Shown in pieces: positions 49,909 through 59,100 of a stretch of DNA of 64,000 bases (its first letter is position 1; each line of letters opens with the position of its first letter). The notes beneath the pieces were generated by a model, which was given only the letters and a program-made list of their open reading frames with translations, was not told the origin of the DNA and did no database searches. This DNA is from Desulfobacterales bacterium. Its GTDB lineage: Bacteria; Desulfobacterota; Desulfobacteria; Desulfobacterales; UBA11574. The stretch covers positions 19,780 to 83,779 of the forward strand of contig JAJDND010000085.1 in the NCBI GenBank assembly GCA_022340885.1. Direction: 5' to 3'. Position numbers and translations under genes: made by a program.

Positions 49909-51349
49909 GAACCTCCTCCTGGCAAGGTATTTTAATAAATATCCTTGTTCCTTGCATCGGGCGCGCTTGAACGATCATTTGACCGCCCAGCAAGCCGGTC
50001 CTTTCTTTCATGCTTCGAAGGCCCATCCGTTTTTCATCGCCCAATTCATGCTCCCGCTTTTGGATATCAAAACCTTTTCCGCTGTCTTCAATGCGAAGAA
50101 TGATATTCGGAAATACGCCCACAAGCCTGACAACGGCCCGGTCTGTATCGGCATGTTTACGAATATTGTTCAGACCTTCTTGAACCAAACGGTACAGATG
50201 GATTTCGGTATTCGAATCCAGTCTGAATAAATTTAACCCTGCTGATTGAAAGTCCACCTTTATTCCCAGTTGCGTTGAAAATTCTTCACAATAAATCTCG
50301 AGCGCTTTCACAAGACCCATTTCCGCCAGGGCCGGAGGCTGCAAATCATAAGAGAGGTCTCGTATGGCGTTAATGGCCCTTTGGAGGCAATTTGAGATGT
50401 CCAGCATTTTTTCTTTTACTGCGGTGTCCAATGCAGGCTGATCCTTCAAGAGCATATCAAACCCGATTTTTGAGGCGGAAAGATCTTGTGCCACTCGGTC
50501 GTGAAGTTCACAGGAAATCATTTGACGCTCGGTCTCCTGTGCTTTCAATAATTGTTGAGACAAACGTCGAATACGCGATTCTGCGCGTTTTCGTTCACTA
50601 ATATCTCGATTGACACCCCTGTAGCAGATTAGGTTTCCATTTTTGTCCAGACAGGGTACGCCGCTGGTCTCCATGATGACTTCAAATCCGTCTTTTCGAA
50701 CCAGAATATTATCAAAGGACTTGATGGGTTTTAATTCGGCCATCAATTTAAAGATTCTCTCTTTTAAGATGGTTTTATTGTCTGAAGAGAAAAAATCGTA
50801 AAAGTATTTGCCGATCACCTCGTCACAGCAATAACCGGTGATGTCTTCTACAACGGGGTTTGAATAGATATAACTGCCTTGAGCGTCCATTTCCCAGACC
50901 CAGTCCGATATATTTTCAGCGATGTCCTGAAATCGTTTTTCGAATTTTAAAAGGGATTGTTCGAGTCTGTTTTTGCGAACCACTTTTTCAATGACTGCAG
51001 GAAGCAGTGTAAAAAAATCTCTCGATTTGACCAAATAATCGATAGCTCCGGATTTCATAGCGCGAACAGCAATATTCTCGTCTCCCTGACCCGTAATCAT
51101 AATCACCGGGATATCTCCGTCCTTTTGCCTTAAGGTTTCTAAAAACTCGATCCCGTTCATACCGGGCAGAAGGTAATCCGTAATGATAACCGTGGGTATA
51201 ATGCCATCAAGGCCTTCAAGGCATGTGGTCGCTTCCTGGAAATGATATAGCAAGGCGTTCGGAAATTCTTTGGTAATGGCCCGCTTCATCAGGCTGAAAT
51301 GGGCTTCATCGTCCTCGATGATGACGAGCTTCAACGGTTCCACTGTCAA
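49877..51349 (-). CDS. REC-PAS-HisKA_3 histidine kinase
   Basis: EDDE..TDYLLP, PAS/PAC, ISCELHDRVAQ, QEGLNNIRKH, DSGKGF, MGL. Confidence 0.92.
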   Translation of the reverse strand: MTVEPLKLVIIEDDEAHFSLMKRAITKEFPNALLYHFQEATTCLEGLDGIIPTVIITDYLLPGMNGIEFLETLRQKDGDIPVIMITGQGDENIAVRAMKSGAIDYLVKSRDFFTLLPAVIEKVVRKNRLEQSLLKFEKRFQDIAENISDWVWEMDAQGSYIYSNPVVEDITGYCCDEVIGKYFYDFFSSDNKTILKERIFKLMAELKPIKSFDNILVRKDGFEVIMETSGVPCLDKNGNLICYRGVNRDISERKRAESRIRRLSQQLLKAQETERQMISCELHDRVAQDLSASKIGFDMLLKDQPALDTAVKEKMLDISNCLQRAINAIRDLSYDLQPPALAEMGLVKALEIYCEEFSTQLGIKVDFQSAGLNLFRLDSNTEIHLYRLVQEGLNNIRKHADTDRAVVRLVGVFPNIILRIEDSGKGFDIQKREHELGDEKRMGLRSMKERTGLLGGQMIVQARPMQGTRIFIKIPCQEEVRESQKAYIDY

Positions 51350-51386
51350 AACTCCTAAATTTTTTCTGCCGGCGCAAAAAATATCT

Positions 51387-51836
51387 TTATCCGTTTAAAA
51401 CAGGCGGTTTATTGAGAATCATCCAGTAAAACTCGATTTGCATGATTTTTTCCTCAAATTCCTTGAATCCAACCGGTTTGGTCAAGTAGCTGTTGGCAAA
51501 ATGATTATAGGACCGGGCGATGTCCTCTTCGCGTTCCGATGTGGTCAGCATGATCACCGGTATTCGTTTCAGCAAATCATCTTGTTTGATCTTCTTTAAA
51601 ACCTCTATGCCGTCGATGCCGGGCAGCTTGATATCCAACAAAATCAATCCGGGCAAAGGATATTTGACGCTATTTTTATACTTTCCCCGGTGGTACAGAA
51701 AGTCGAAGGCTTCCTCTCCATCGGAAACAATGAAGATCCGGTTGGCGTTTCCCGCTTTTCGAATGGCACGTCTGGTCAGTTCCGCATGGGCCGGCTCATC
51801 TTCCACAAGCAATATATCCAAGGGTTCGTAATCCAT
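51387..51836 (-). CDS. Single-domain response regulator (Rcp1-like)
   Basis: VEDE, LLDIKLPGIDG, MLTTS, ANSYLTKPV. Confidence 0.92.
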   Translation of the reverse strand: MDYEPLDILLVEDEPAHAELTRRAIRKAGNANRIFIVSDGEEAFDFLYHRGKYKNSVKYPLPGLILLDIKLPGIDGIEVLKKIKQDDLLKRIPVIMLTTSEREEDIARSYNHFANSYLTKPVGFKEFEEKIMQIEFYWMILNKPPVLNG

Positions 51837-51840
51837 GGAT

Positions 51841-53490
51841 TCATGCCTCCTTCCCTTTTAGGATGAAAAAAAACGAGGTCCCCTTCCCTGGCTCGGAATC
51901 CAGCCAGATTTTACCGCCATGATGTTCGATGATGCGCTTTACGATGGTCATGCCGACGCCTGTCCCCTCCGCGGATTTTTTTGCAGCCGGGAGCCGTTGA
52001 AAGATCTCGAAAATCTTTTGATGATATCTTTTTTCGATACCGATGCCGTTGTCTCGAACAAAAAATACCTTTTGGCCGTTTCGATCCATCGCGCCCACAT
52101 CGATCCGTGGAAAAGGATTCTCCTTTCCGATGTATTTAACGGCGTTGGACAACAGGTTTTCCATCACCTGGCACAAACGTTCCATTTCACCATAAACCAC
52201 GGGAAGCCCTTTTTCAACATTTATTGCGACCCCGCTTTCATCGATTTGACGCTGTAGCGTTTTTAGGACTTTTTCCATGAGATCGTCAAAGGAAAATTCC
52301 GTTTTTCTTTCCGGCAGCCGTCCGATGCGGGAAAGATACAACAAGTCGTCGATTAACAGTTCCATATTCCGGGAAGCATCGCTCATGTAATTGAGATATT
52401 TTTCAGCACTCCCATCGATCATATCTCCAAAGTCTTCTCGAAGGGCGCCGATAAATCCCTCGATGGTGACAATAGGGGTTTTTAAATCATGGGAAACCGT
52501 GTACACAAAGGTTTCAAGTTCCGTATTTTTGTCGGCGAGTTCGGAGAGCGCGGCTTCCAATTTTTTTTCATTTTCCTTTAATGCTGTTTCCGTGCGTTTT
52601 CGTTCGCTGATCTCCTTAAACGCCTGGTCCCTGGCTTGCCGGTACATTTGCATTCGTTCGAGAAGAAGATGAAGGAGCATCGAAAGGAACGCCGAAATGA
52701 TGAGCCCAAAAATAAGAAAAGAAACATGCCAACCTCCACCGGACGGGTAAATAATGTCCTTTGGAACAAGATCCAGCATCCAGGTTTTGCCGGGGAACCG
52801 AAACTCCCGGATCACCTGCAACCCACTCTTATGCGGTATGCCGCCACTTTGAATTTCATTGGAGTAAATCAATCGATCCCTTTCGTACAAGCGAACCCAA
52901 AATTCATTGGAAATGTCCTTGGCCAGACTGACGTCCATAATACCTTTAATTCGGAACACACCGTTCAGATACCCTTGAATCCTGCCGGAATAGACGAGAG
53001 GCAAAAACGTGTTGAAGCCGAGTCCCCCCTGTATCAGTTCCGCACAAGGGGTTATGATATTTTGATTGGAATGTAGTATCTGGAATTTTTCATGAAAACG
53101 AGGGCTTCCAGGTTCATAAATCTGCTTGTCGACAATACCTTCATTGCCTTTTCTGGGAAAAACCCATCGAACGACCCCCGCAGGATCGATCCAGTTGATT
53201 CCCATGAAACCCGGATTATGGGAATAAAACACCTTGGCAAAGTCAAGAAAACGCGTCTTGCTGAAATCCGGCGGAACCCTCCCAGTCCATCTTTCCGCGA
53301 GCAACTCCAGTGATGCCATGCGCGCACGCATCAGGACTTCGATACGGCTTATTATCTGCCTCGAAGAAGTTTCCGCATGTCTCAGGGCAAGTTCCCGTTC
53401 GTAACTGTTCTGATTTTGCCACAGCAACACGGTAATGCTGCCGAAAATCAAAAACGCAATAACCGGAGACAATTTTTTCAAATGCCGCAT
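51841..53490 (-). CDS. CHASE-like domain sensor histidine kinase
   Basis: Two TM segments; LIQGG.GF..FLP; FVYTVSHDLKTP; NLLSNAVKY; DNGIGI; GTGVG. Confidence 0.92.
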   Translation of the reverse strand: MRHLKKLSPVIAFLIFGSITVLLWQNQNSYERELALRHAETSSRQIISRIEVLMRARMASLELLAERWTGRVPPDFSKTRFLDFAKVFYSHNPGFMGINWIDPAGVVRWVFPRKGNEGIVDKQIYEPGSPRFHEKFQILHSNQNIITPCAELIQGGLGFNTFLPLVYSGRIQGYLNGVFRIKGIMDVSLAKDISNEFWVRLYERDRLIYSNEIQSGGIPHKSGLQVIREFRFPGKTWMLDLVPKDIIYPSGGGWHVSFLIFGLIISAFLSMLLHLLLERMQMYRQARDQAFKEISERKRTETALKENEKKLEAALSELADKNTELETFVYTVSHDLKTPIVTIEGFIGALREDFGDMIDGSAEKYLNYMSDASRNMELLIDDLLYLSRIGRLPERKTEFSFDDLMEKVLKTLQRQIDESGVAINVEKGLPVVYGEMERLCQVMENLLSNAVKYIGKENPFPRIDVGAMDRNGQKVFFVRDNGIGIEKRYHQKIFEIFQRLPAAKKSAEGTGVGMTIVKRIIEHHGGKIWLDSEPGKGTSFFFILKGKEA

Positions 53491-53658
53491 TGAATTCTTT
53501 TATCCATGCAAAAAAGGCGAGAATGCCTGATTTTCAACGTCTCACCTTTTTCATATACCGAGTTTTTTTGGTAATGCAAAGAAACACCATCCAGGTTATG
53601 CAACTTTAATTTTATGCGTTTTTTTTTGACCTTTTCCTCCTTGGAAAGCGTTATGGTT

Positions 53659-53806
53659 TAGAAGTGGTTTCAAAATCTCCCCTCAGCCTCAATCTCTGTG
53701 TTGGACCGAGCCAGCCAATCCTCGAAGTATTCCCGATATTCCTGCGGTTGGCCGTCTCAGTCCGCCTTGACCTTAAACCCGGTTGAAGGTTTTGAAGCCA
53801 CTCCTG
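53659..53806. mobile_element. 148-bp MITE-like element, type A, opposite orientation
   Basis: Reverse-complement homolog of 40571-40718 with the same length and termini. Confidence 0.85.
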
Positions 53807-53825
53807 GATAAATGACGACATTTCT

Positions 53826-54398
53826 CTATGATCCGGATAGTGTGTAATTTTCAACAAAATACTTCAGCTTTTTCATTGCGGCAGATTTTAGCCCTTCAAA
53901 CTGCACTCGATTCTGCCGCATCTTAATAGAATTGATCGTGAAATCGTCGGATATTTCCATATCGGCAATGTCTTTAAACATCAAACTTTCAAGGTAAAAG
54001 CCGGAATCAGCGACCAGTATGTCCAGCACCAGCGATCGAACAGATCGCTCCTCGTCGTTGATATAACGAAACAGAAGCCCGCCCATGCTGATGTCAATGA
54101 TTCTGCCGAACCTGACCGGTTTCGATCGATATACGGCACATGCAATTTGTGCCATACTCTGCTCTGCAATACGCAAATGTCCGGCGCCAGCCGGTCGTAT
54201 CAGGGCAAAGGCATCTTTTTTAGCTTGAAATCGTTCATGTGCCCTTTTTTCAGGACTTTTCACCGGATTTGTATCCATCATTTGCATCATCAGCGACTGG
54301 TTCGCACCTTCTGTTTCATGATCGAATTTGGAAATTTCGTCGGCAATTTCCATACCATCGGATTGAAAAATATCCTCTAAAAAATAGAGATTATCCAT
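53826..54398 (-). CDS. PilZ domain (c-di-GMP-binding) protein
   Basis: KRAHERF (RxxxR) and IDISMGG (DxSxxG). Confidence 0.82.
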   Translation of the reverse strand: MDNLYFLEDIFQSDGMEIADEISKFDHETEGANQSLMMQMMDTNPVKSPEKRAHERFQAKKDAFALIRPAGAGHLRIAEQSMAQIACAVYRSKPVRFGRIIDISMGGLLFRYINDEERSVRSLVLDILVADSGFYLESLMFKDIADMEISDDFTINSIKMRQNRVQFEGLKSAAMKKLKYFVENYTLSGS

Positions 54399-54456
54399 TA
54401 TTTCCCCTGATGTCCGTCATTTTTCCTATTTTCTTTCAGTAACCAATTATTTATCC

Positions 54457-54536
54457 TCGACTTGATCGATTTTGTCCATAGGGAAAAGCTTCATTTTTTC
54501 TGGGGAAATCTCCCATACGGGAATTTTCCCCATACA
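54457..54536 (-). promoter_or_regulatory. Conserved 80-bp regulatory block, copy 2
   Basis: tggggaaatctcccat-acgggaattttccccat; matches 49105-49185. Confidence 0.75.
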
Positions 54537-54651
54537 TTGAAAAAATGTTTTTCTCCTCTCGACTTTCCTATTTCGTTTTTTTCAGCTCAAAGGTTAACAC
54601 ACAAACTGAATCATAAAGACCGACCGAACCCCTCTTCACCAGATATCCGTG

Positions 54652-57201
54652 CTAAGACCAGGTGATCAACTGGGGCAAAAATTTTAAATAATCATCACCG
54701 GCGGGAACGACCCTGACCGTAAATCCATATCGGCCGGACAGCCTGCAGGGGACCTGACATCCGTAACGATAATTTCCAGCATCCAAGTGTTCAGCGACGG
54801 TCATGGGAATCGTATTGATGCCCTCCAGCATATCCACGGATTTCATATGCCCGTTGTAAAGCTCCACACAGACCTCTTCCGGATCGAGTCCCCCCAGATG
54901 GACATCTGCCCTAACTTCGAAGCGATCTCCAACGCGAAACGGTCCCTTATTGGTCTGGATAGGCCGCCCGATTCGGATGTCGTTCCACAGGCTCTGTAGC
55001 CGCTGTTGTTGGAAGGCCAAGTCTCGGGCTTCCTGACCGTTTTTATTCAACAGCGCCTTTAACCTGTGAATGATGGGCATGTAAAAACGCTGTTCATATT
55101 CTCCAACCATTCTCAAGCTGCAAAAATTCTTCATGGCCATTTTCATAGAGGCCTTCATCATTCTAATCCAACGCTTGGGAAGTTCTCCCTCGTTCTCTTC
55201 GTAAAAGCATGGGATTACATCATTTTCCAACACGTTATACAGGGCCTGACTCTCTGTGGCATCCTGGTATTCATGATCGACATATTCTTCACCGCCCCCG
55301 ATTCGCCATCCTCGTTCTTCAGAATAACCTTCGCACCACCATCCATCTAAAATACTCACATTGAGCACCCCATTGACGGCAGCTTTCATCCCGGATGTGC
55401 CGCAGGCCTCTAAAGGTCTGCGGGGAGTACTCAGCCAGACATCGGCGCCCTGAACCAGAGATCTTGCCAGTGCCATGTCGTAACCCTCAATAAATACTGC
55501 ATGCGGACGGATTTCCGGCCGGCGAATAAATTCAATTAGACGTTTGATGATTTCTTTGCCTTTCTTGTCCTGAGGATGGGCTTTACCGGCAAAAATAATT
55601 TGTACGGGACGGGTATCGTTGTTGAGAATCGTCGCCAGCCGACCGGGATCTTCAAGGAGCAGATGCGCTCGCTTGTATGCCGCAAATCTGCGGGCAAAGG
55701 CTATGGTCAACACTTCAGGATTCAGGATGGCTTCGATCTTATCGATAACGCTTTTGGGAGCATTGCGCCTTTCGTATTGTTGTTTTAATAGCCCCCGGCA
55801 GGTGCGAATCAACCGGGAGCGGCTCATTTCATGAGCCCGCCAGAGCTCGTCGTCGTAAATCTCGTCAATACGGTCAACGTTTTCAGGTCGCCGTGAACTC
55901 ATGTACCATTCCGGCCCCAGGTAACGTTCAAACAGCGGCCAGATTTCCTGAGAAATAAACGTTGAGACATGTATTCCGTTGGTCACATAAGAAATCGGGA
56001 TCTCGTCTTCCGACAGGCCCGGCCAAAGATGAGCCCACATCTTTCTGGTGGTGCGGCCATGGAGGCGGCTGACGCCGTTACGATGCTGAGACATTCGCAA
56101 ACCCAGAATACACATGTAAAACGGCGCGTCTTTATCGAAAGATTTTGTTTGCCCCCAAGATAAAATTTCTTCTTCACTGGCCCCCAGACGTTCTTGTAAA
56201 GGTCGAATCCAGGGTTTGATCAAATCGACGGGGAAGGAATCATGTCCGGCAGCGACCGGGGTATGAGTGGTAAATATCGTACAACGAGGAATAATTTGCA
56301 AGGCAGTGTTTAAATCGACGTGATAACGCTCCATGAACATTGCAAGACGCTCCAGTGCGGAGAAGGCTGAATGTCCTTCATTCATGTGACAAACAGAAGG
56401 AAAGAGATCCATAGCCGCCAACGCCCGCATACCGCCAATGCCAAGCAGTATTTCCTGGGCAAGCCGAATTTTGGGCTCAGCTACATAAAGGCGGGCCGTA
56501 ATTTCTCGGGCTTCCGGTGTATTTTCAGGCAGATTCGTATCGAGCAAAAACAGTGGGGTGCGGCCCACCCGAATTTTCCAGACAAACGCATGAATCTCAC
56601 CCTCTGGCCCGGTAATTGAAATTGTGATTTCATTGCCCTGGGTATCCCGGGCGCGCTCCAGCGGAAGATAATAAAATTCTATTTCCGGATATTCTTCCTG
56701 CTGCAATCCCTCTTGATCGAGATATTGGCGGAAGTAGCCCTTGCGATACAGCAAGCCGATCCCGACGAGGGACGACGCCATGTTGGAGGCGGCTTTTAAA
56801 TGGTCTCCGGCAAGGACACCCAGTCCGCCGGCAAAAATGGGAATATTTTCATTTACACCGAATTCCATCGAAAAATAGGCTACTGGCCCCATTTTTTTAT
56901 AAATAGACTTTGAAGGATCCGAACTATCGGCAACCCGCTTTTTGTAGCGATCTTTAACCCGTTGCAGATGGTTCAAAAAACTGTCGTCCCCGGCCAGTTC
57001 CTCTAAGCGCTTCTGGCTGACATGGGACAAAAGGTAAATCGGGTTTCCTCTGGATTCTATCCAGAGTTGCGGTTCGATACGTCGAAACAGCGTGAGGGCA
57101 TCCTGTTTCCAGCACCACCAGAGATTACGCGCCAAGACTTCCAAAAAGGCCAATGATTTTGGGATAGAGGGATAGATCTGGTATGTGAGAATGCGCTTCA
57201 C
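54652..57201 (-). CDS. glgP: Alpha-glucan (glycogen) phosphorylase
   Basis: NLWW.W, YFSMEFG, GGLGVLAGDHLK, HMNEGH, ARRFAAYKR, EACGTSGMKA PLP motif. Confidence 0.96.
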   Translation of the reverse strand: MKRILTYQIYPSIPKSLAFLEVLARNLWWCWKQDALTLFRRIEPQLWIESRGNPIYLLSHVSQKRLEELAGDDSFLNHLQRVKDRYKKRVADSSDPSKSIYKKMGPVAYFSMEFGVNENIPIFAGGLGVLAGDHLKAASNMASSLVGIGLLYRKGYFRQYLDQEGLQQEEYPEIEFYYLPLERARDTQGNEITISITGPEGEIHAFVWKIRVGRTPLFLLDTNLPENTPEAREITARLYVAEPKIRLAQEILLGIGGMRALAAMDLFPSVCHMNEGHSAFSALERLAMFMERYHVDLNTALQIIPRCTIFTTHTPVAAGHDSFPVDLIKPWIRPLQERLGASEEEILSWGQTKSFDKDAPFYMCILGLRMSQHRNGVSRLHGRTTRKMWAHLWPGLSEDEIPISYVTNGIHVSTFISQEIWPLFERYLGPEWYMSSRRPENVDRIDEIYDDELWRAHEMSRSRLIRTCRGLLKQQYERRNAPKSVIDKIEAILNPEVLTIAFARRFAAYKRAHLLLEDPGRLATILNNDTRPVQIIFAGKAHPQDKKGKEIIKRLIEFIRRPEIRPHAVFIEGYDMALARSLVQGADVWLSTPRRPLEACGTSGMKAAVNGVLNVSILDGWWCEGYSEERGWRIGGGEEYVDHEYQDATESQALYNVLENDVIPCFYEENEGELPKRWIRMMKASMKMAMKNFCSLRMVGEYEQRFYMPIIHRLKALLNKNGQEARDLAFQQQRLQSLWNDIRIGRPIQTNKGPFRVGDRFEVRADVHLGGLDPEEVCVELYNGHMKSVDMLEGINTIPMTVAEHLDAGNYRYGCQVPCRLSGRYGFTVRVVPAGDDYLKFLPQLITWS

Positions 57202-57338
57202 GCGTGTTATCCTGAGCGATTAAGATTCATGAAAAATCGATTCCCCGAGATTCTCGAAAGAAAATGTATTGAATATATGATGGCCGTCATAGTCCAGAAC
57301 CCGTAAATCATTCGTCTGGTCATGAGACTTTTTTGCGC

Positions 57339-57785
57339 CTAATCATCCCTTCGTGACCGAATAATCAGCAGCGGCCGATCGATCAGATTCAATACACCGG
57401 CCGTTACACTCCCATAAAAAGCCCTGGCCAAACCGGTTCTTCCGTGACTGGACATAGCGACGAGATCGGCATTTTCTCTCAAAGCGCAGTCGATAATCTG
57501 CTCGACCACCGGACCGCCCACAACGCATGTTTTGGCTTCGATGCCCTTTTCTCGAAATTCTCCCTTCAGGGAATCCAAGTAAGATTCAGCCTGCTTGCCT
57601 ATTTCTTCCAGGTTATGATGGTACAGCAGAATTGCACTCTCATCATACCCCACAAGATTGGGGAATGTAACCACCTGCAAAAAAATTATCCTGCTGTTCA
57701 AACATTGAGCCAAAGCCTCGACGTGTTTCAAAATCCGTTCCGCTCGCTTTGATCCGTCCAACGGCACTAAAATCGTTTTATACAT
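57339..57785 (-). CDS. Universal stress protein
   Basis: MYKTILVPLDGS..MSSHGRTG..YGSVT; paralog of 44254-44703. Confidence 0.93.
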   Translation of the reverse strand: MYKTILVPLDGSKRAERILKHVEALAQCLNSRIIFLQVVTFPNLVGYDESAILLYHHNLEEIGKQAESYLDSLKGEFREKGIEAKTCVVGGPVVEQIIDCALRENADLVAMSSHGRTGLARAFYGSVTAGVLNLIDRPLLIIRSRRDD

Positions 57786-57829
57786 AATCGCTCCCCTTGA
57801 AGAAAACATCTGCCGGTTAATCTGATTAA

Positions 57830-58300
57830 TCATCGATCCATATCTTTATCTTTGCGTAAACTTAACAACGGCACCGGGCAATGACGGAACATCTTTTCCG
57901 CGGTTGTTCCGAAAAGAATGCCTGCAAGATTGGTGCGGCCCTTTCGCCCCATCACCACAAGATCGACGCCGCTATCTTTAACCGCTTGTATCAGCTCACG
58001 AAACGGGACGCCTGTCTTGATCTTTATCTCTACAGGAATGTGTTTGACGGACATCTCTTCGACTGTTTGATGGATCTGTTCCCGTCGATCTTTTTTCCTG
58101 TCTTTGATAAATTCGTCCGCGGAGAAACTAATGCTTTCTATTTCCGCTCTCCGTACGGCTTCAACATCTCTTTGGTTGATGACATTGACGATCATCAGAT
58201 CGCTTTTTAGCTCATCGGCCAATTCAAGAGCAAACGACAAAGCTTCTTTGGAGTAGTCGGAAAAGTCATACGCCACCATGATTTTTCTTATTTTTTCCAT
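57830..58300 (-). CDS. Universal stress protein
   Basis: [24 protein letters not shown]. Confidence 0.92.
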   Translation of the reverse strand: MEKIRKIMVAYDFSDYSKEALSFALELADELKSDLMIVNVINQRDVEAVRRAEIESISFSADEFIKDRKKDRREQIHQTVEEMSVKHIPVEIKIKTGVPFRELIQAVKDSGVDLVVMGRKGRTNLAGILFGTTAEKMFRHCPVPLLSLRKDKDMDR

Positions 58301-58317
58301 TTCTTCCTTCCACGGTA

Positions 58318-58614
58318 TTATGTTTCGGTCAATCGGATAACACTGTTGTAAGTGCCAAATCGATTGGGACATCTCGAGTTATTCCGGGGATCTTCCAGCC
58401 ACTGTCCATCCACTAAAAATTTATATTCATAGCTTCCCGGTGAAAGAATTACCCGTTTTTTCCATGTCCCATTTTTATCTTTTCGCATGGGATGCTTTTC
58501 CTGGCTCCAGTCATTGAAATCTCCCGTCAGAAAGACTTCCTTGGCATTCGACGCTTCCAGTAAAAATGTCCAGCTTTTGCGTTTATTGCTCTGCTTTGAT
58601 TTGGGCCCCAACAT
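58318..58614 (-). CDS. Stand-alone glycogen-binding (CBM48-like) protein
   Basis: [17 protein letters not shown]; close paralog of 48521-48817. Confidence 0.9.
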   Translation of the reverse strand: MLGPKSKQSNKRKSWTFLLEASNAKEVFLTGDFNDWSQEKHPMRKDKNGTWKKRVILSPGSYEYKFLVDGQWLEDPRNNSRCPNRFGTYNSVIRLTET

Positions 58615-58726
58615 GATCCACCTCCTTAAATCTCAATCTATCGTTACCGATTTTTTTGAAACCAATTGAAATCATATAAATTCCGTTTACCAATCCCTGT
58701 TGCGTAAATCAGCTAACAAAAAGAAC

Positions 58727-58862
58727 GCAAAAGATATGCCAGCTATCAATCATCCCGGTGTGTTGGATAAACGGCTGATAAATAATTATTTTTTTTAGCT
58801 CATTTAAAATCTTCACCATAGGTGAAATAGATTGGTGTCAGAATTTTTTACAGAATGTAAAA
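58727..58862 (-). promoter_or_regulatory. Sigma54 promoter + IHF-like site + activator box
   Basis: TGGCATATCTTTTGC 58727-58741; TATCAGCCGTTTA 58768-58780; tgtcagaattttttaca-gaa-tgtaaaa 58836-58862. Confidence 0.87.
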
Positions 58863-58961
58863 TGGGTTGCAACCGAATGGCTTGATATTCAATAAAACAG
58901 AAAGTAGCAAATATTTTTGGTTTCAGCGTGTCCCTCGGAGAAACAAAAAGAGAAATTTTAT

Positions 58962-59037
58962 CACGAAAAAACGAAATTCGGAAAGCACGAAAAAGAATGT
59001 TTACTATTTCGTGCTTTCGTCCTTTCGTGTTTTCGTG
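58962..59037. repeat. REP-like inverted element
   Basis: cacgaaaaaacgaaattcggaaagcacgaaa ... tttcgtgctttcgtcctttcgtgttttcgtg. Confidence 0.65.
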
Positions 59038-59100
59038 TTTGATTTTTAATCATATTTCAAGAATCGATGCAAATCGCTTACCATGGCTGATTCAGCACTT

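Noticed and set aside
53651-53857. 68-aa ORF downstream of the PilZ gene
   Set aside because: Consists almost wholly of the MITE-like repeat
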